DNA from: a virus
Lineage: Duplodnaviria; Caudoviricetes
Virus record (IMG/VR): IMGVR_UViG_2974529611_000001
Location: 3,486 to 67,485 of that record
Strand: one strand, 5' to 3'
DNA length: 64,000 bases
The stretch's first letter is position 1. Every line of letters begins with the position of its first letter. A model generated the notes under the pieces. It worked only from the letters and a program-made list of their open reading frames with translations. It did no database searches and was not told the DNA's origin. The position numbers and the translations under genes were made by a program. This document shows positions 29,223 through 37,684 of this stretch, piece after piece.

Positions 29223-29492
29223 ATGGCTGACACCGTACTTGAAGAGGAAGCCACCTGGGGTGACCGTGTTGGTCAGTACTCCAAGGCCATCGTGGCAACC
29301 GTGACCCCCGCAGTGTTCCTTGGTGGAGCATTGGCGCTCGTCCTTCCGGCAGAACAGGCGGCGTCCATCACCGCCGCTGTTGCCAGTGTGACGGGATTCC
29401 TGACCTGGCTGGCTGGGAATACTGAGATTCTCAAGCGCCAGGCAGACGAGGCCGAAGAGGCCATCGAAGACGCCATCGGTCGCGAAATCTGA
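29223..29492 (+). CDS. Holin (putative, 2 TM)
   Basis: Two hydrophobic helices and a charged C-terminus, directly after the lysin. Confidence 0.65.
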   Translation: MADTVLEEEATWGDRVGQYSKAIVATVTPAVFLGGALALVLPAEQAASITAAVASVTGFLTWLAGNTEILKRQADEAEEAIEDAIGREI

Positions 29493-29764
29493 TGTTGGCC
29501 GTCGCCCTGGCTGAAGAGCTGGGCGGGGGCTTTACGTGGTCTGATCTATCAGCGGGTGCATTGGTGGCGATCATCGTCATGCTCATCTTGCTGGGCAGAT
29601 TGGTGCCAAAGTCTTCGCTGATCAAGTCAGAGAAGGAAGCCGAGTACTGGCGCGAAGCTGCGATGAAGGCTTTGAACCAGAACACGGAATTGATCAACGC
29701 AGCTCGATCTGGAACCCAGGTGGCAGCATACGTGCAGCAACTGGCGGAAGGAGCTGATTCCTAA
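29492..29764 (+). CDS. Lysis-cassette membrane protein (1 TM plus coiled coil)
   Basis: LSAGALVAIIVMLILLG segment; TGATG coupling. Confidence 0.65.
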   Translation: MLAVALAEELGGGFTWSDLSAGALVAIIVMLILLGRLVPKSSLIKSEKEAEYWREAAMKALNQNTELINAARSGTQVAAYVQQLAEGADS

Positions 29765-29958
29765 TGCATTGGTGGCCATGGGGGAGGGGCACTACTCGGG
29801 ATGCTGAGGCTGGGGCCAAGGAGGCCCAAGGCTACATCAGCAGGCTAGATGGCCAGGAGGGTGAAGTGAAGCAGCTGGCGGAACGGGGTCGGACCCAGCA
29901 GCTTCACAATCACTTTGGAGAGGGAATTGAGCTGGCCATGAAACGGAGGTATGCGTGA
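29764..29958 (+). CDS. Small lysis-cassette protein
   Basis: TAATG coupling, 64 aa. Confidence 0.6.
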   Translation: MHWWPWGRGTTRDAEAGAKEAQGYISRLDGQEGEVKQLAERGRTQQLHNHFGEGIELAMKRRYA

Positions 29959-30350
29959 AACAGGCTGCCATCAGCGCCTCAGCAACGACGGCAGTTGGCT
30001 CTTGTATTTATCTGGGAGTAGTGTATGGCCTGGGAGCCGATCCTGTATTTGCAGCCAACATCCTTCTGACCCTAATGTGCGGGTTCTCTTGGGTCTTTAC
30101 TTTCTTGTATGGATTCAGATCACAATGGAACCTGACGGGGGCTGGGCGCACTCTCATGTACCTTTCCTTGTCATTCTCACTAGTCTTAACGCAGACCATG
30201 GCGTCCGTTTGGTCTCATTCGGAGTATCCCGCCAGGGAAATCATCAGATTCATAGTCTACTTTGTCTTGACCGCAGCCCTGCTCAATATGGTGCGCCGCG
30301 TCTTGATTGAGCAGGCTCTGGACGAGTACGACAAGAATCGGATCAGCTAA
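29955..30350 (+). CDS. Multi-pass membrane protein (about 4 TM), holin-like
   Basis: Four hydrophobic segments; last gene before the terminator. Confidence 0.65.
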   Translation: MKQAAISASATTAVGSCIYLGVVYGLGADPVFAANILLTLMCGFSWVFTFLYGFRSQWNLTGAGRTLMYLSLSFSLVLTQTMASVWSHSEYPAREIIRFIVYFVLTAALLNMVRRVLIEQALDEYDKNRIS

Positions 30351-30386
30351 CTAAATATCGCACCAAGCGGGAGCCCGCTGGAGCGT

Positions 30387-30425
30387 GGGGAACTATCCCA
30401 CCCTCTGGTGGGTTCCCCCTTTTTA
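30387..30425 (+). terminator. Rho-independent terminator ending the late operon
   Basis: GGGGAA..CCCACC-CTCT-GGTGGG-TTCCCC followed by CTTTTTAT. Confidence 0.75.
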
Positions 30426-30650
30426 TCTGCACGCCCGTCCAAGGGAAACAGGAGGGAGTAATCCCTCCCTGATGGGTAGGGTTTCCCTTCCCATCTTTGA
30501 TCGCCCGCAGGGCTTGGTGCGCGGCGGCGGTGGTAAAGGGTAATCGGGCATCGAACGTACGTTCGTATTACCGGGTTCCGTCCCTACGCGTATAGAGTCG
30601 GAATCGACCGAGGGCAGACGACCCCCGGCACGAACCGAAGGAACGAACCG

Positions 30651-31103
30651 ATGCACGCATACGACCTCACCGCAATTGCCGACGCGATCGCCGCGCTTGC
30701 CGACGACGACACCCTCACCGCTGCACGCACGAAGGCAGCAAACCTCCCGAACGTTGCTCCGAGCGACGTCCACGAGCTGCACGCGGCAGTGGCAACGGTC
30801 CTCACCGGTATCGAGGTTGACCCGAAGGTGGTGCAGGTGATCCTGTCGCTTCACGGCAACGTGCAGCGATCGGCACTGAACCGGGATAAGTCGCTCCGTC
30901 CCACCTACCGGGGGCGTACCGTGGCTTCGCTTCGCAAAGGTGCTGAGACTCTTCGGGAGAACCTGGAGACGGTTCCGGCAGAACTGCCGGGAGCAATGGC
31001 CGCCCGACGGAAGCTGATGGAGTCCGCCCCGGTGGAGGCACCGAAGACGACGCCGACCACGAAGGCCCGCCGGACCCGGAAGGCTCCTGCAACCACGAAG
31101 TGA
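30651..31103 (+). CDS. Hypothetical early protein with basic C-terminal tail
   Basis: GAAGGA RBS, 150 aa, followed by a hairpin. Confidence 0.7.
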   Translation: MHAYDLTAIADAIAALADDDTLTAARTKAANLPNVAPSDVHELHAAVATVLTGIEVDPKVVQVILSLHGNVQRSALNRDKSLRPTYRGRTVASLRKGAETLRENLETVPAELPGAMAARRKLMESAPVEAPKTTPTTKARRTRKAPATTK

Positions 31104-31107
31104 TCCG

Positions 31108-31140
31108 AAGGCCCCGCACCATCCCGGTGCGGGGCCTTTC
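31108..31140 (+). terminator. Stem-loop/terminator
   Basis: Perfect 13-bp stem AAGGCCCCGCACC-ATCCC-GGTGCGGGGCCTT. Confidence 0.6.
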
Positions 31141-31234
31141 CCCATCGCGCGGCTGCGCACACCAAAAAAAGTTCTCGGGGGAGAACCCAAAAAGGGTAGA
31201 AAGTTCTCCCACTGCGCACGAAAGGATCATCAAA

Positions 31235-31576
31235 ATGCCTAAGATCCACAGGGGTTCGCACGCACCATACGAGGCAGTCGTCGGCATCGTTGGGCACGGA
31301 CTCGGCAAGCTCCACTACGCCTACCGCGACCAGTGCTACGGAGGCGAAGAGCTCCAATTTCGGGTTCGCACTGCGAAGCATCGGTACTCTCCACTAGGGG
31401 ACGGTGGTGCGAACGCCGAGCTTCGGAAGCTCGGCATCACCGGCCCGAAGCGTCCAGCGTGCCCGACCTGCTGGACCGAGGTCTCGCGCAATGGAAAGTG
31501 CGAGTGCAGCGATGGTAATAACTTCGCGCATACCACGAAGTTCGGCGACGGACGGGTTTACACCAAAGCCGTGTAG
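31235..31576 (+). CDS. Hypothetical protein with Zn-ribbon (CPTC...CEC)
   Basis: GAAAGGA RBS before ATG 31235. Confidence 0.7.
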   Translation: MPKIHRGSHAPYEAVVGIVGHGLGKLHYAYRDQCYGGEELQFRVRTAKHRYSPLGDGGANAELRKLGITGPKRPACPTCWTEVSRNGKCECSDGNNFAHTTKFGDGRVYTKAV

Positions 31577-31672
31577 CTAGCTCGGTAGCAGATCGTCCAG
31601 TCGGAACGATCTGCTACCCTACTAGGTACGCGGAGCGAGAGCCGCTCCACCTAATGATAGAAAGGCAATACC

Positions 31673-32065
31673 ATGCGATTCCAGCTTATCGAGCAGAGCG
31701 TCGACGGACACCAGACCTGCGACTACGAACTGGAGCCGAGCTACGTCTGTGGTCGCGAAGCGAACCACGAGGTGCGGCACTTCGAGTCGGACCAGGACGG
31801 AGACTTCCAGTGGTGCGAATACCGCTGCCCGCTCCACGCCGTCGAGGCATTCCAGCCGGGAACCGAAGGTACCATTGAGAAGCTCGACGACGGAGAGACC
31901 ATTTACGTCCAGTCGTTCGTCGCCTATGGATGGCGGAGAGACTGGGGCTACGTGGTGTGGCGTGGAGATTCTCGCGAAGGCGGATGGGTTGCCGTGAAGG
32001 ACCCGATGGACCTCGATACTGCCGTGGACCTCCTCGGAGGCATCGAACGCCTCATGGGAGTCTAG
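31673..32065 (+). CDS. Hypothetical Cys/His-containing protein
   Basis: GAAAGG RBS, 130 aa. Confidence 0.7.
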   Translation: MRFQLIEQSVDGHQTCDYELEPSYVCGREANHEVRHFESDQDGDFQWCEYRCPLHAVEAFQPGTEGTIEKLDDGETIYVQSFVAYGWRRDWGYVVWRGDSREGGWVAVKDPMDLDTAVDLLGGIERLMGV

Positions 32066-32162
32066 GCTACCAAGCCGGGTGCTCGAACTTTATCCAGTAA
32101 AGTTCGAGCACCCTATTGGAAGTCTAGCGCAGAGCGCGCTATCCAATGGGAAGAGAGAACCA

Positions 32163-32600
32163 ATGAGCAACCAAATGCCGATGCCCTACGAGGGTGATCT
32201 GAGGAACGTAGAGTGGGACCACGTTGGTCGTTCCGACTCTGAAACCTATGGTGTGGAAGGGGCGATCAACACGTCCACCGCAGGAGTCTTCATCACGCGG
32301 GAAGCACTGGATCGACTCGGTGAAATCCCGTCCAATGCCGGAGAGGCATTGGAGAAGCTCGCACGCATCGGAACCGAATGGACCGAGCAGCCCGATGGAA
32401 CGTGGGCACCAACCGGCGAGGCAATCGTGGTCTCGGGATGGACTCCGGATGGAAAGTTCTACGAGTTCTCCACGATCTCCGACTTCTCCAGCTTCCGAGC
32501 CGTGTACTCGGTGGAGCACGACGCAATGGATGACGCGGTAACGATCCACGGAAGCGGCCTGCTCGATCTCGACGGGGAACCCACCTCGAACTTCGGCTGA
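32163..32600 (+). CDS. Hypothetical acidic protein
   Basis: ATG at 32163 (MSNQMP) after a purine-rich RBS. Confidence 0.65.
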   Translation: MSNQMPMPYEGDLRNVEWDHVGRSDSETYGVEGAINTSTAGVFITREALDRLGEIPSNAGEALEKLARIGTEWTEQPDGTWAPTGEAIVVSGWTPDGKFYEFSTISDFSSFRAVYSVEHDAMDDAVTIHGSGLLDLDGEPTSNFG

Positions 32601-32688
32601 ACCCAAATCTAGGTCGCTACCCTGATCCGTACCTACTAGGGTAGGATAAGGGTAGCGACCTACCCGACTCAACCAGTTAGGATACCAA

Positions 32689-32832
32689 ATGCCGTACGAA
32701 CCTTCCGCCATCAGCCAGGGGCTTGGCATCTTTGCCTTCATCATTCTGGTCGTTGTCGCTGGCTGGACCTGGGAGAAGATCAGCAGTTACGTTCTCCAGA
32801 CCAGGGGAACCCGAGAGAGGATTGGCAAGTGA
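32689..32832 (+). CDS. 47-aa single-TM membrane protein not in the ORF track
   Basis: MPYEPSAISQGLGIFAFIILVVVAGWTWEK...; TAGGA RBS and GTGA overlap with the next gene. Confidence 0.65.
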   Translation: MPYEPSAISQGLGIFAFIILVVVAGWTWEKISSYVLQTRGTRERIGK

Positions 32833-33107
32833 TTGAGATGAATGCACTGGACGAGCACGTTGAAGCGAGCGTGAAGTTCGTGAGGTTTTTGAACCGAGAG
32901 TTCAGCACGCTGAATGCCGAGGAGGAATCCACCGCAGCCGTGGACCTCGCGAACACCATTCGGCACCGACTCTCCAAGCACAACCAGTTCCTGTCCAGGA
33001 ATCTCCAACTTCGGGACGTCACCATCTGCCTTCTGATGATGGGGCTGGACATGCCCGTGATCGACTTGCTGAGCAAGCAGACCTTGGAATACCTCCGGAA
33101 GCTCTAG
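32829..33107 (+). CDS. Hypothetical protein
   Basis: Coupled start, 92 aa. Confidence 0.6.
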   Translation: MIEMNALDEHVEASVKFVRFLNREFSTLNAEEESTAAVDLANTIRHRLSKHNQFLSRNLQLRDVTICLLMMGLDMPVIDLLSKQTLEYLRKL

Positions 33108-33150
33108 CCTCCGGATCACCGCAGTACCCAACTAGAAAGTGAGAAATAGA

Positions 33151-33552
33151 ATGAAGAAGCGCATCATTGGCGGAGTCCTCGGGGCCGTGGCAGCCTTCGT
33201 GGCATCGGTTGCCGTTCAGGCTGCTCCGGCCCAGGCCGAAATCGTAGACGAGTACGACGTGGTCAAGCACGTGAACTGTGCTCCGGAACACCTGCCCATC
33301 GAGCTGGAGCGGACGAACCAGTACGGCAATGACGAACGTGAGTTCGTCACCATCACCGGCCCGACCAAGATTCCGGGGTGGAAGTGTGCCACCTGGGAGT
33401 TCATGGCAACCGACAGTATGGGAGGCGTGTCCAACTCGATGAACTCGGATGGGCCGGGCCGTCTATACTGCGCAATCTGGGTGAATGGGCAGATGGTCTC
33501 GGAGAACGAGTCCTACGGTGGTTCCTACGGGGATTACATTTACTGCATCTGA
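33151..33552 (+). CDS. Secreted protein with signal peptide; MmpS-like C-terminus
   Basis: MKKRIIGGVLGAVAAFVASVAVQAAPAQA signal peptide and CAIWVNGQMVSEN motif. Confidence 0.65.
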   Translation: MKKRIIGGVLGAVAAFVASVAVQAAPAQAEIVDEYDVVKHVNCAPEHLPIELERTNQYGNDEREFVTITGPTKIPGWKCATWEFMATDSMGGVSNSMNSDGPGRLYCAIWVNGQMVSENESYGGSYGDYIYCI

Positions 33553-33601
33553 CCTAATTGGGTCCGTTGAGTGCGCCTGGGACTAAGGGGTTGGTCCCAG
33601 G

Positions 33602-33631
33602 TTGCGCTCTGCGCACCTACTAGGGTAGGTT
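33602..33631 (+). promoter_or_regulatory. Putative sigmaA promoter TTGCGC-18-TAGGTT
   Basis: The spacer contains a CCTACTAGG box. Confidence 0.45.
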
Positions 33632-33678
33632 CGATACGAGAGCAGGAGAGCCCTGCTCCAGATTGGTAAGGATAGGGA

Positions 33679-33945
33679 ATGCATATTCCAGAGCAGTTTG
33701 AGGAGTGCCGAATCTACGGCCACGCATGGAAGACTCACGCCATCGGATTCCACCGTGGGTGGATCGAGGAAGAGTTGGAGTGCATTCGGTGCGCCACCAA
33801 GAAGGTCAGCAACCTCCAGCGCAAGACCGGCTTGGTCTTGAAGGTCCGGTACGTCTACCCGCCCAACTACATCCAGAAGGGCGAGAAGTTCGGCCGTCTG
33901 GAACGTGGTTCACTCCGTGTCCGCCATCTCAAGGGAAGGGGCTAA
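33679..33945 (+). CDS. Hypothetical Cys-containing protein
   Basis: ECRIYGHAW...CIRC; 88 aa. Confidence 0.65.
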   Translation: MHIPEQFEECRIYGHAWKTHAIGFHRGWIEEELECIRCATKKVSNLQRKTGLVLKVRYVYPPNYIQKGEKFGRLERGSLRVRHLKGRG

Positions 33946-33949
33946 TCAA

Positions 33950-34810
33950 ATGGCGATCAAGTGCGGCAACTGCAAGCAGTACCACGACACCGTGGATGAC
34001 GTGAAGGCGTGCCACTTTGGTGACGGATTGCTCGCCGATGTGGAAGAAGAGAACAACGCCATCGAAGCCCATCAGTTGGGTATGGCTTACGAGCACGAAG
34101 TCGCTGAAGACCCGTGGGCAGCCGAGCCTGAGGCTCGACGGGTGAACCCGTACGGCATCGGAGCGGTTCAGCAGAGCGGTGAGGGATTCCTCACCGGGCG
34201 CAAGGCCCAGAAGGTCTACCTCAACGTGCCTTTCGTTGAGAAGGGCCGGGCCAAGACCGAGTTCGGTGCCAAGTGGGACGCCAAGGAGAAGAGGTGGTGG
34301 GTCTACGATGATGCCGACTTCGACTCCATGCCGGACAAGTGGTACCTGGCCTCTGGAAGCGACTCGGCTCTGGCGGACAGGCACGCTGCCTCTGCCAACT
34401 CCCGACCGTTCAACACGATCAACGAAGATGGATTCTATCGGGTGAAGGATGAGTTCGTTGGTGTGCTTGAGGCCGAGTTCATCAAGGTCCAGATGAATCG
34501 CGAAAGCTCCAGACTCTACGCCAAGCGTCTCAACAAGAACTACCCTGAGAAGCTGGAGCTGGAGCCCAACCCGAAGAATGCCATCTCCCTGTGGTGCGCC
34601 CAGAATGGAATGGGCAGGCCCATCGAGTGGGAGTTCATCAGCGGGCTCTACTCCAATACAGGTGCCCACATGGTTGAGAAACTGAGCCTGGAGGAAGGCG
34701 AGGCATTTGGACGCCTGTATGGGGTCTGCATGAAATGCGGAGCGTTCCTCACCAACGAAGAGTCCATCGAACGGGGCATGGGCCCCATCTGCGCAGGAAA
34801 GTGGAACTGA
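33950..34810 (+). CDS. Multidomain protein: N-terminal Zn knuckle, DUF5710-like and DUF6011-like domains
   Basis: CGNCKQYH; VYLNVPFVEKGRAK...AKWDAKEKRWWV; CMKCGAFLTNEESIERGMGPIC. Confidence 0.7.
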   Translation: MAIKCGNCKQYHDTVDDVKACHFGDGLLADVEEENNAIEAHQLGMAYEHEVAEDPWAAEPEARRVNPYGIGAVQQSGEGFLTGRKAQKVYLNVPFVEKGRAKTEFGAKWDAKEKRWWVYDDADFDSMPDKWYLASGSDSALADRHAASANSRPFNTINEDGFYRVKDEFVGVLEAEFIKVQMNRESSRLYAKRLNKNYPEKLELEPNPKNAISLWCAQNGMGRPIEWEFISGLYSNTGAHMVEKLSLEEGEAFGRLYGVCMKCGAFLTNEESIERGMGPICAGKWN

Positions 34811-34811
34811 A

Positions 34812-35126
34812 ATGAACATCGACTTCAATCACGAGAGCTACCGTCCGCCCAACAACGAGTCGGTCAGCACCATCCGCGTCTTCAACGTCCACGGCGTGGA
34901 GACCCAACGACTGGAGGATACCGGAGTCGCTGGACTCTACGCCCTGTGCCAGTCGTTCCTGGGTATCGCGAAGACCTGGGGGTGGCAGCTCCACCCCGAT
35001 ATGGCCGAGGCTCTGGAGGGCAATCTCGCCGGGCTCCAGGTTAAGTCGTGGCCCATCGGCACTGCCCAGCAGTGGGAGACTGGTGCTCTCGGAACCGTTC
35101 AATTCGTCGGAAAGTTCAAGCAATGA
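34812..35126 (+). CDS. Hypothetical protein
   Basis: 104 aa within a coupled gene string. Confidence 0.6.
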   Translation: MNIDFNHESYRPPNNESVSTIRVFNVHGVETQRLEDTGVAGLYALCQSFLGIAKTWGWQLHPDMAEALEGNLAGLQVKSWPIGTAQQWETGALGTVQFVGKFKQ

Positions 35127-35530
35127 CCACCAAGAAGACCAACATGTGGTACGTGGCCCAGAAAGAGAATGGCAAGATGACCGGCTTCACCTCCCAGCCC
35201 AAGATGGCGGAGAAGGACGCTGATGGCAATCCCGTGGTGTGCCCCGGTGATATGCGACGGGTCTGGGATGCCGAGTACGCTCGCATCAAGGCGCGTCGCG
35301 AGCGCATCTGGGAGATGCTGCTGGACACGATGGAGGAGAAGTACGAACTCCAGGAGAAGTCCGGCACCATGCCGGACGACCAGAAGATCGTGGATGCCCG
35401 AATCGACGCCTTCCAGTGTGCCCTGGCAGTCCTGGAGCTACCCTTTGGCAAGTACGACCAGGACCCCACTGCCGCCATCCAGACCATCGAAAACAAGGCC
35501 ATCCAGAAGTACGAAGCGGAGGCCGAGTGA
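35123..35530 (+). CDS. Hypothetical protein
   Basis: ATGA overlap at 35123. Confidence 0.65.
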   Translation: MTTKKTNMWYVAQKENGKMTGFTSQPKMAEKDADGNPVVCPGDMRRVWDAEYARIKARRERIWEMLLDTMEEKYELQEKSGTMPDDQKIVDARIDAFQCALAVLELPFGKYDQDPTAAIQTIENKAIQKYEAEAE

Positions 35531-35691
35531 TGAAGGTGCAGAAGCCGATCCCGCTGGACCACGGACTCTACGACTCCATGCGACGTGGCCATCTGATCAG
35601 AACTGGCCATCGTCTCCAGGGTCACCTGGAGAGCGAAGATGGGGAAGTCTGGAAGGTCGTCCGTGAATGCTGCCTCAAGGAGGCCGAGTGA
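35530..35691 (+). CDS. Hypothetical 53-aa protein
   Basis: GGAGG RBS with TGATG coupling at both ends. Confidence 0.6.
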   Translation: MKVQKPIPLDHGLYDSMRRGHLIRTGHRLQGHLESEDGEVWKVVRECCLKEAE

Positions 35692-35900
35692 TGTCCAAGA
35701 TGGAGAAGAAGTTCACCTACAGCCACCTGGACAAGGACGGGCTTCCAGCTCCGAAGACTCCCGAAGAGCGATGCTACCATTACAGGTGGCTCGATCAGCA
35801 CTTTGGAACAGACACCGACTCCCCGCTCCATCACAACCACCGCTGCACCCTCTGTGGCGAGAAGAGAAGAAAGGCCAGGAATGGGCAACATCACCAATGA
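35691..35900 (+). CDS. Hypothetical Cys/His protein
   Basis: GGAGG RBS, coupled start. Confidence 0.6.
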   Translation: MSKMEKKFTYSHLDKDGLPAPKTPEERCYHYRWLDQHFGTDTDSPLHHNHRCTLCGEKRRKARNGQHHQ

Positions 35901-36138
35901 GGTATCGCTGACCTGCGATGGACCGCGATGCCACGAGAAGATCATTTGGGACGGTGACATCAGTGGTCCGGATGATCTCTACTCCGATTGGCTGTCAAGC
36001 CAGATGCGGAAGTCCGCCATCGAGAATGGTTGGTACATCGTGGACCAGGAGATTCTGATGGAGGACGGGTACTACTACGCCTTCCACAACGTGGCATGTC
36101 TGAAGCGGTACTTCAGAGAGCACGCGAAGACCCGCTGA
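35881..36138 (+). CDS. Hypothetical Cys-containing protein
   Basis: ATG at 35881 after AGGA; CDGPRC...HNVAC. Confidence 0.6.
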   Translation: MGNITNEVSLTCDGPRCHEKIIWDGDISGPDDLYSDWLSSQMRKSAIENGWYIVDQEILMEDGYYYAFHNVACLKRYFREHAKTR

Positions 36139-36148
36139 CCCCAACGGG

Positions 36149-36177
36149 TTGCACGTTCGACCCTAGTAGGGTAGGAT
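36149..36177 (+). promoter_or_regulatory. sigmaA-type promoter TTGCAC-17-TAGGAT
   Basis: Canonical spacing; a CCTAGTAGG box lies in the spacer. Confidence 0.65.
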
Positions 36178-36225
36178 GACGGTAGACCGAGGGAGAGCCC
36201 CTTGGCACCAAGATGGAGGACTAGG

Positions 36226-36450
36226 ATGGCACTCAGCAACGAAGACAAGAGGGTGATTGGCGACCTGATCCTGGACGCCGTTGCCCAGCAGCTCGAATAC
36301 TTGGATGATTACGCTCGGGACCACACCGAAGACAGCGCATACGCCAAGGTCCAGAAGATGGACAAGGATGAGGTGTTCACCTTCGTGTCCAAGAAGATGC
36401 AGGCCATCCAGAGCAACATCTGGCCCCACTCATTCGACGAGATCAACTAA
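36226..36450 (+). CDS. Hypothetical protein
   Basis: GGAGGA RBS. Confidence 0.65.
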   Translation: MALSNEDKRVIGDLILDAVAQQLEYLDDYARDHTEDSAYAKVQKMDKDEVFTFVSKKMQAIQSNIWPHSFDEIN

Positions 36451-36462
36451 GGAGCAAGACCA

Positions 36463-36942
36463 ATGACCGAGACCATCACACGCGAGTTCCAGATCGGCGA
36501 TTACGTTCGCATCAGCAAGGACCACATTGCCGAGATTCTGGAAGTGCCGCAGGCAAGCCACGCGGGCCATGTGGGGCAGATCACTGAGCTTCACATGCCG
36601 GGGCCGATCCCGATTGTCCAGTTCTCGCACATTGGTGGCGAGTACAGCTTCAGCCCCAACGAGTTGCAGTTCATCGCCCGACCGCTCTATGAAGTCGCTC
36701 GTGACATCGTTGCCTGCTGGAAGAAGAAGCGACCCAGCCAGGCGACCATCGCTTACGCTGGTCCGTACGTCGAGGCTATCGCTGGACTGCGCAAGCCGTC
36801 TGACTCGTATGGCCTGGAGAGCGGCGACATGATCATCGCCTACCTGCTGAATAACCTCCGCAACTGGCGGGGCGAGGATGCCCGACGCATCAAGGCCGAG
36901 CTGAACCGTGCGCTGGACGCCTACCGGGACGGCTGGCGATGA
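36463..36942 (+). CDS. Hypothetical protein
   Basis: AAGGAG RBS; C-terminal YLLNNLRNWRGEDARRIKAEL. Confidence 0.7.
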   Translation: MTETITREFQIGDYVRISKDHIAEILEVPQASHAGHVGQITELHMPGPIPIVQFSHIGGEYSFSPNELQFIARPLYEVARDIVACWKKKRPSQATIAYAGPYVEAIAGLRKPSDSYGLESGDMIIAYLLNNLRNWRGEDARRIKAELNRALDAYRDGWR

Positions 36943-37094
36943 TGGGTGGCGAGGACGACTTCTTGGAGGCCGCGTACGAGGATCGGAATGGTGGCGCTTT
37001 CGAGCTGCCATCGACCCTCGATGATCTCCTCGATGAGATGACCGAACGTGAGTACGATGACGAAGACGAAGCTGATTGGAGCGGCGACGAATGA
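36942..37094 (+). CDS. 50-aa highly acidic peptide not in the ORF track
   Basis: MGGEDDFLEAAYEDRNGGAFELPSTLDDLLDEMTEREYDDEDEADWSGDE; coupled to both neighbours. Confidence 0.65.
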   Translation: MGGEDDFLEAAYEDRNGGAFELPSTLDDLLDEMTEREYDDEDEADWSGDE

Positions 37095-37684
37095 GCGGGA
37101 TGGACAAGGCGCAGGCATTCGCCGCTGAGGCCCAAGCCAACGGTTGGACCACGAAGATCGAAACCAAGAACGGTGACGAGACTCATGTGGAGGCCGAGCG
37201 CAAGGGTGAACGCATCACGATCTGGTGGCGGGGCAACTCGCTGATCGAGACGCCGTTCCACCACTTCATGGGGCAGGTCAAGTCGCTCCACAACAAGGCG
37301 ACGGCTACCCGCCAGCTTTCGATGAAGCCGAACCCCAAGGGGTTCCGTGGACCGAAGATGGGCGCGAGGTTTGTGGACCTCAAGCTCACCGAGGATGGTG
37401 GTCTGCCGGAAGAAGTGGACCTTGAGTCCATCCGGTACCCGCTGCCCTTCGATCCGAAGGAGTCCACGGACGGGGAGATTCTGAAGGAGATTCGGGGCTC
37501 CACAATCATCTTCGTCAATCGGATCAGCGGCAAGGGCGAGAGCGTCCACGTGGCCCGTTCGCTGAACATGAAGCCAGATAACTTCTATCTGGAGGAGTCG
37601 ACTGAAGGGAAGCTCTACGTCACCTTCCTCTCAGCGACCGGCTTCAGGTCTGTCTACATCGACTCCATCCTGAGGATCATGTAG
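37091..37684 (+). CDS. Hypothetical protein
   Basis: ATGA overlap, 197 aa. Confidence 0.7.
   Translation: MSGMDKAQAFAAEAQANGWTTKIETKNGDETHVEAERKGERITIWWRGNSLIETPFHHFMGQVKSLHNKATATRQLSMKPNPKGFRGPKMGARFVDLKLTEDGGLPEEVDLESIRYPLPFDPKESTDGEILKEIRGSTIIFVNRISGKGESVHVARSLNMKPDNFYLEESTEGKLYVTFLSATGFRSVYIDSILRIM

Noticed and set aside
30350-30650. Integration or immunity region (attP, integrase, repressor) at the late/early boundary
   Set aside because: No integrase, HTH repressor or divergent gene; only a terminator and promoter-like palindromes.
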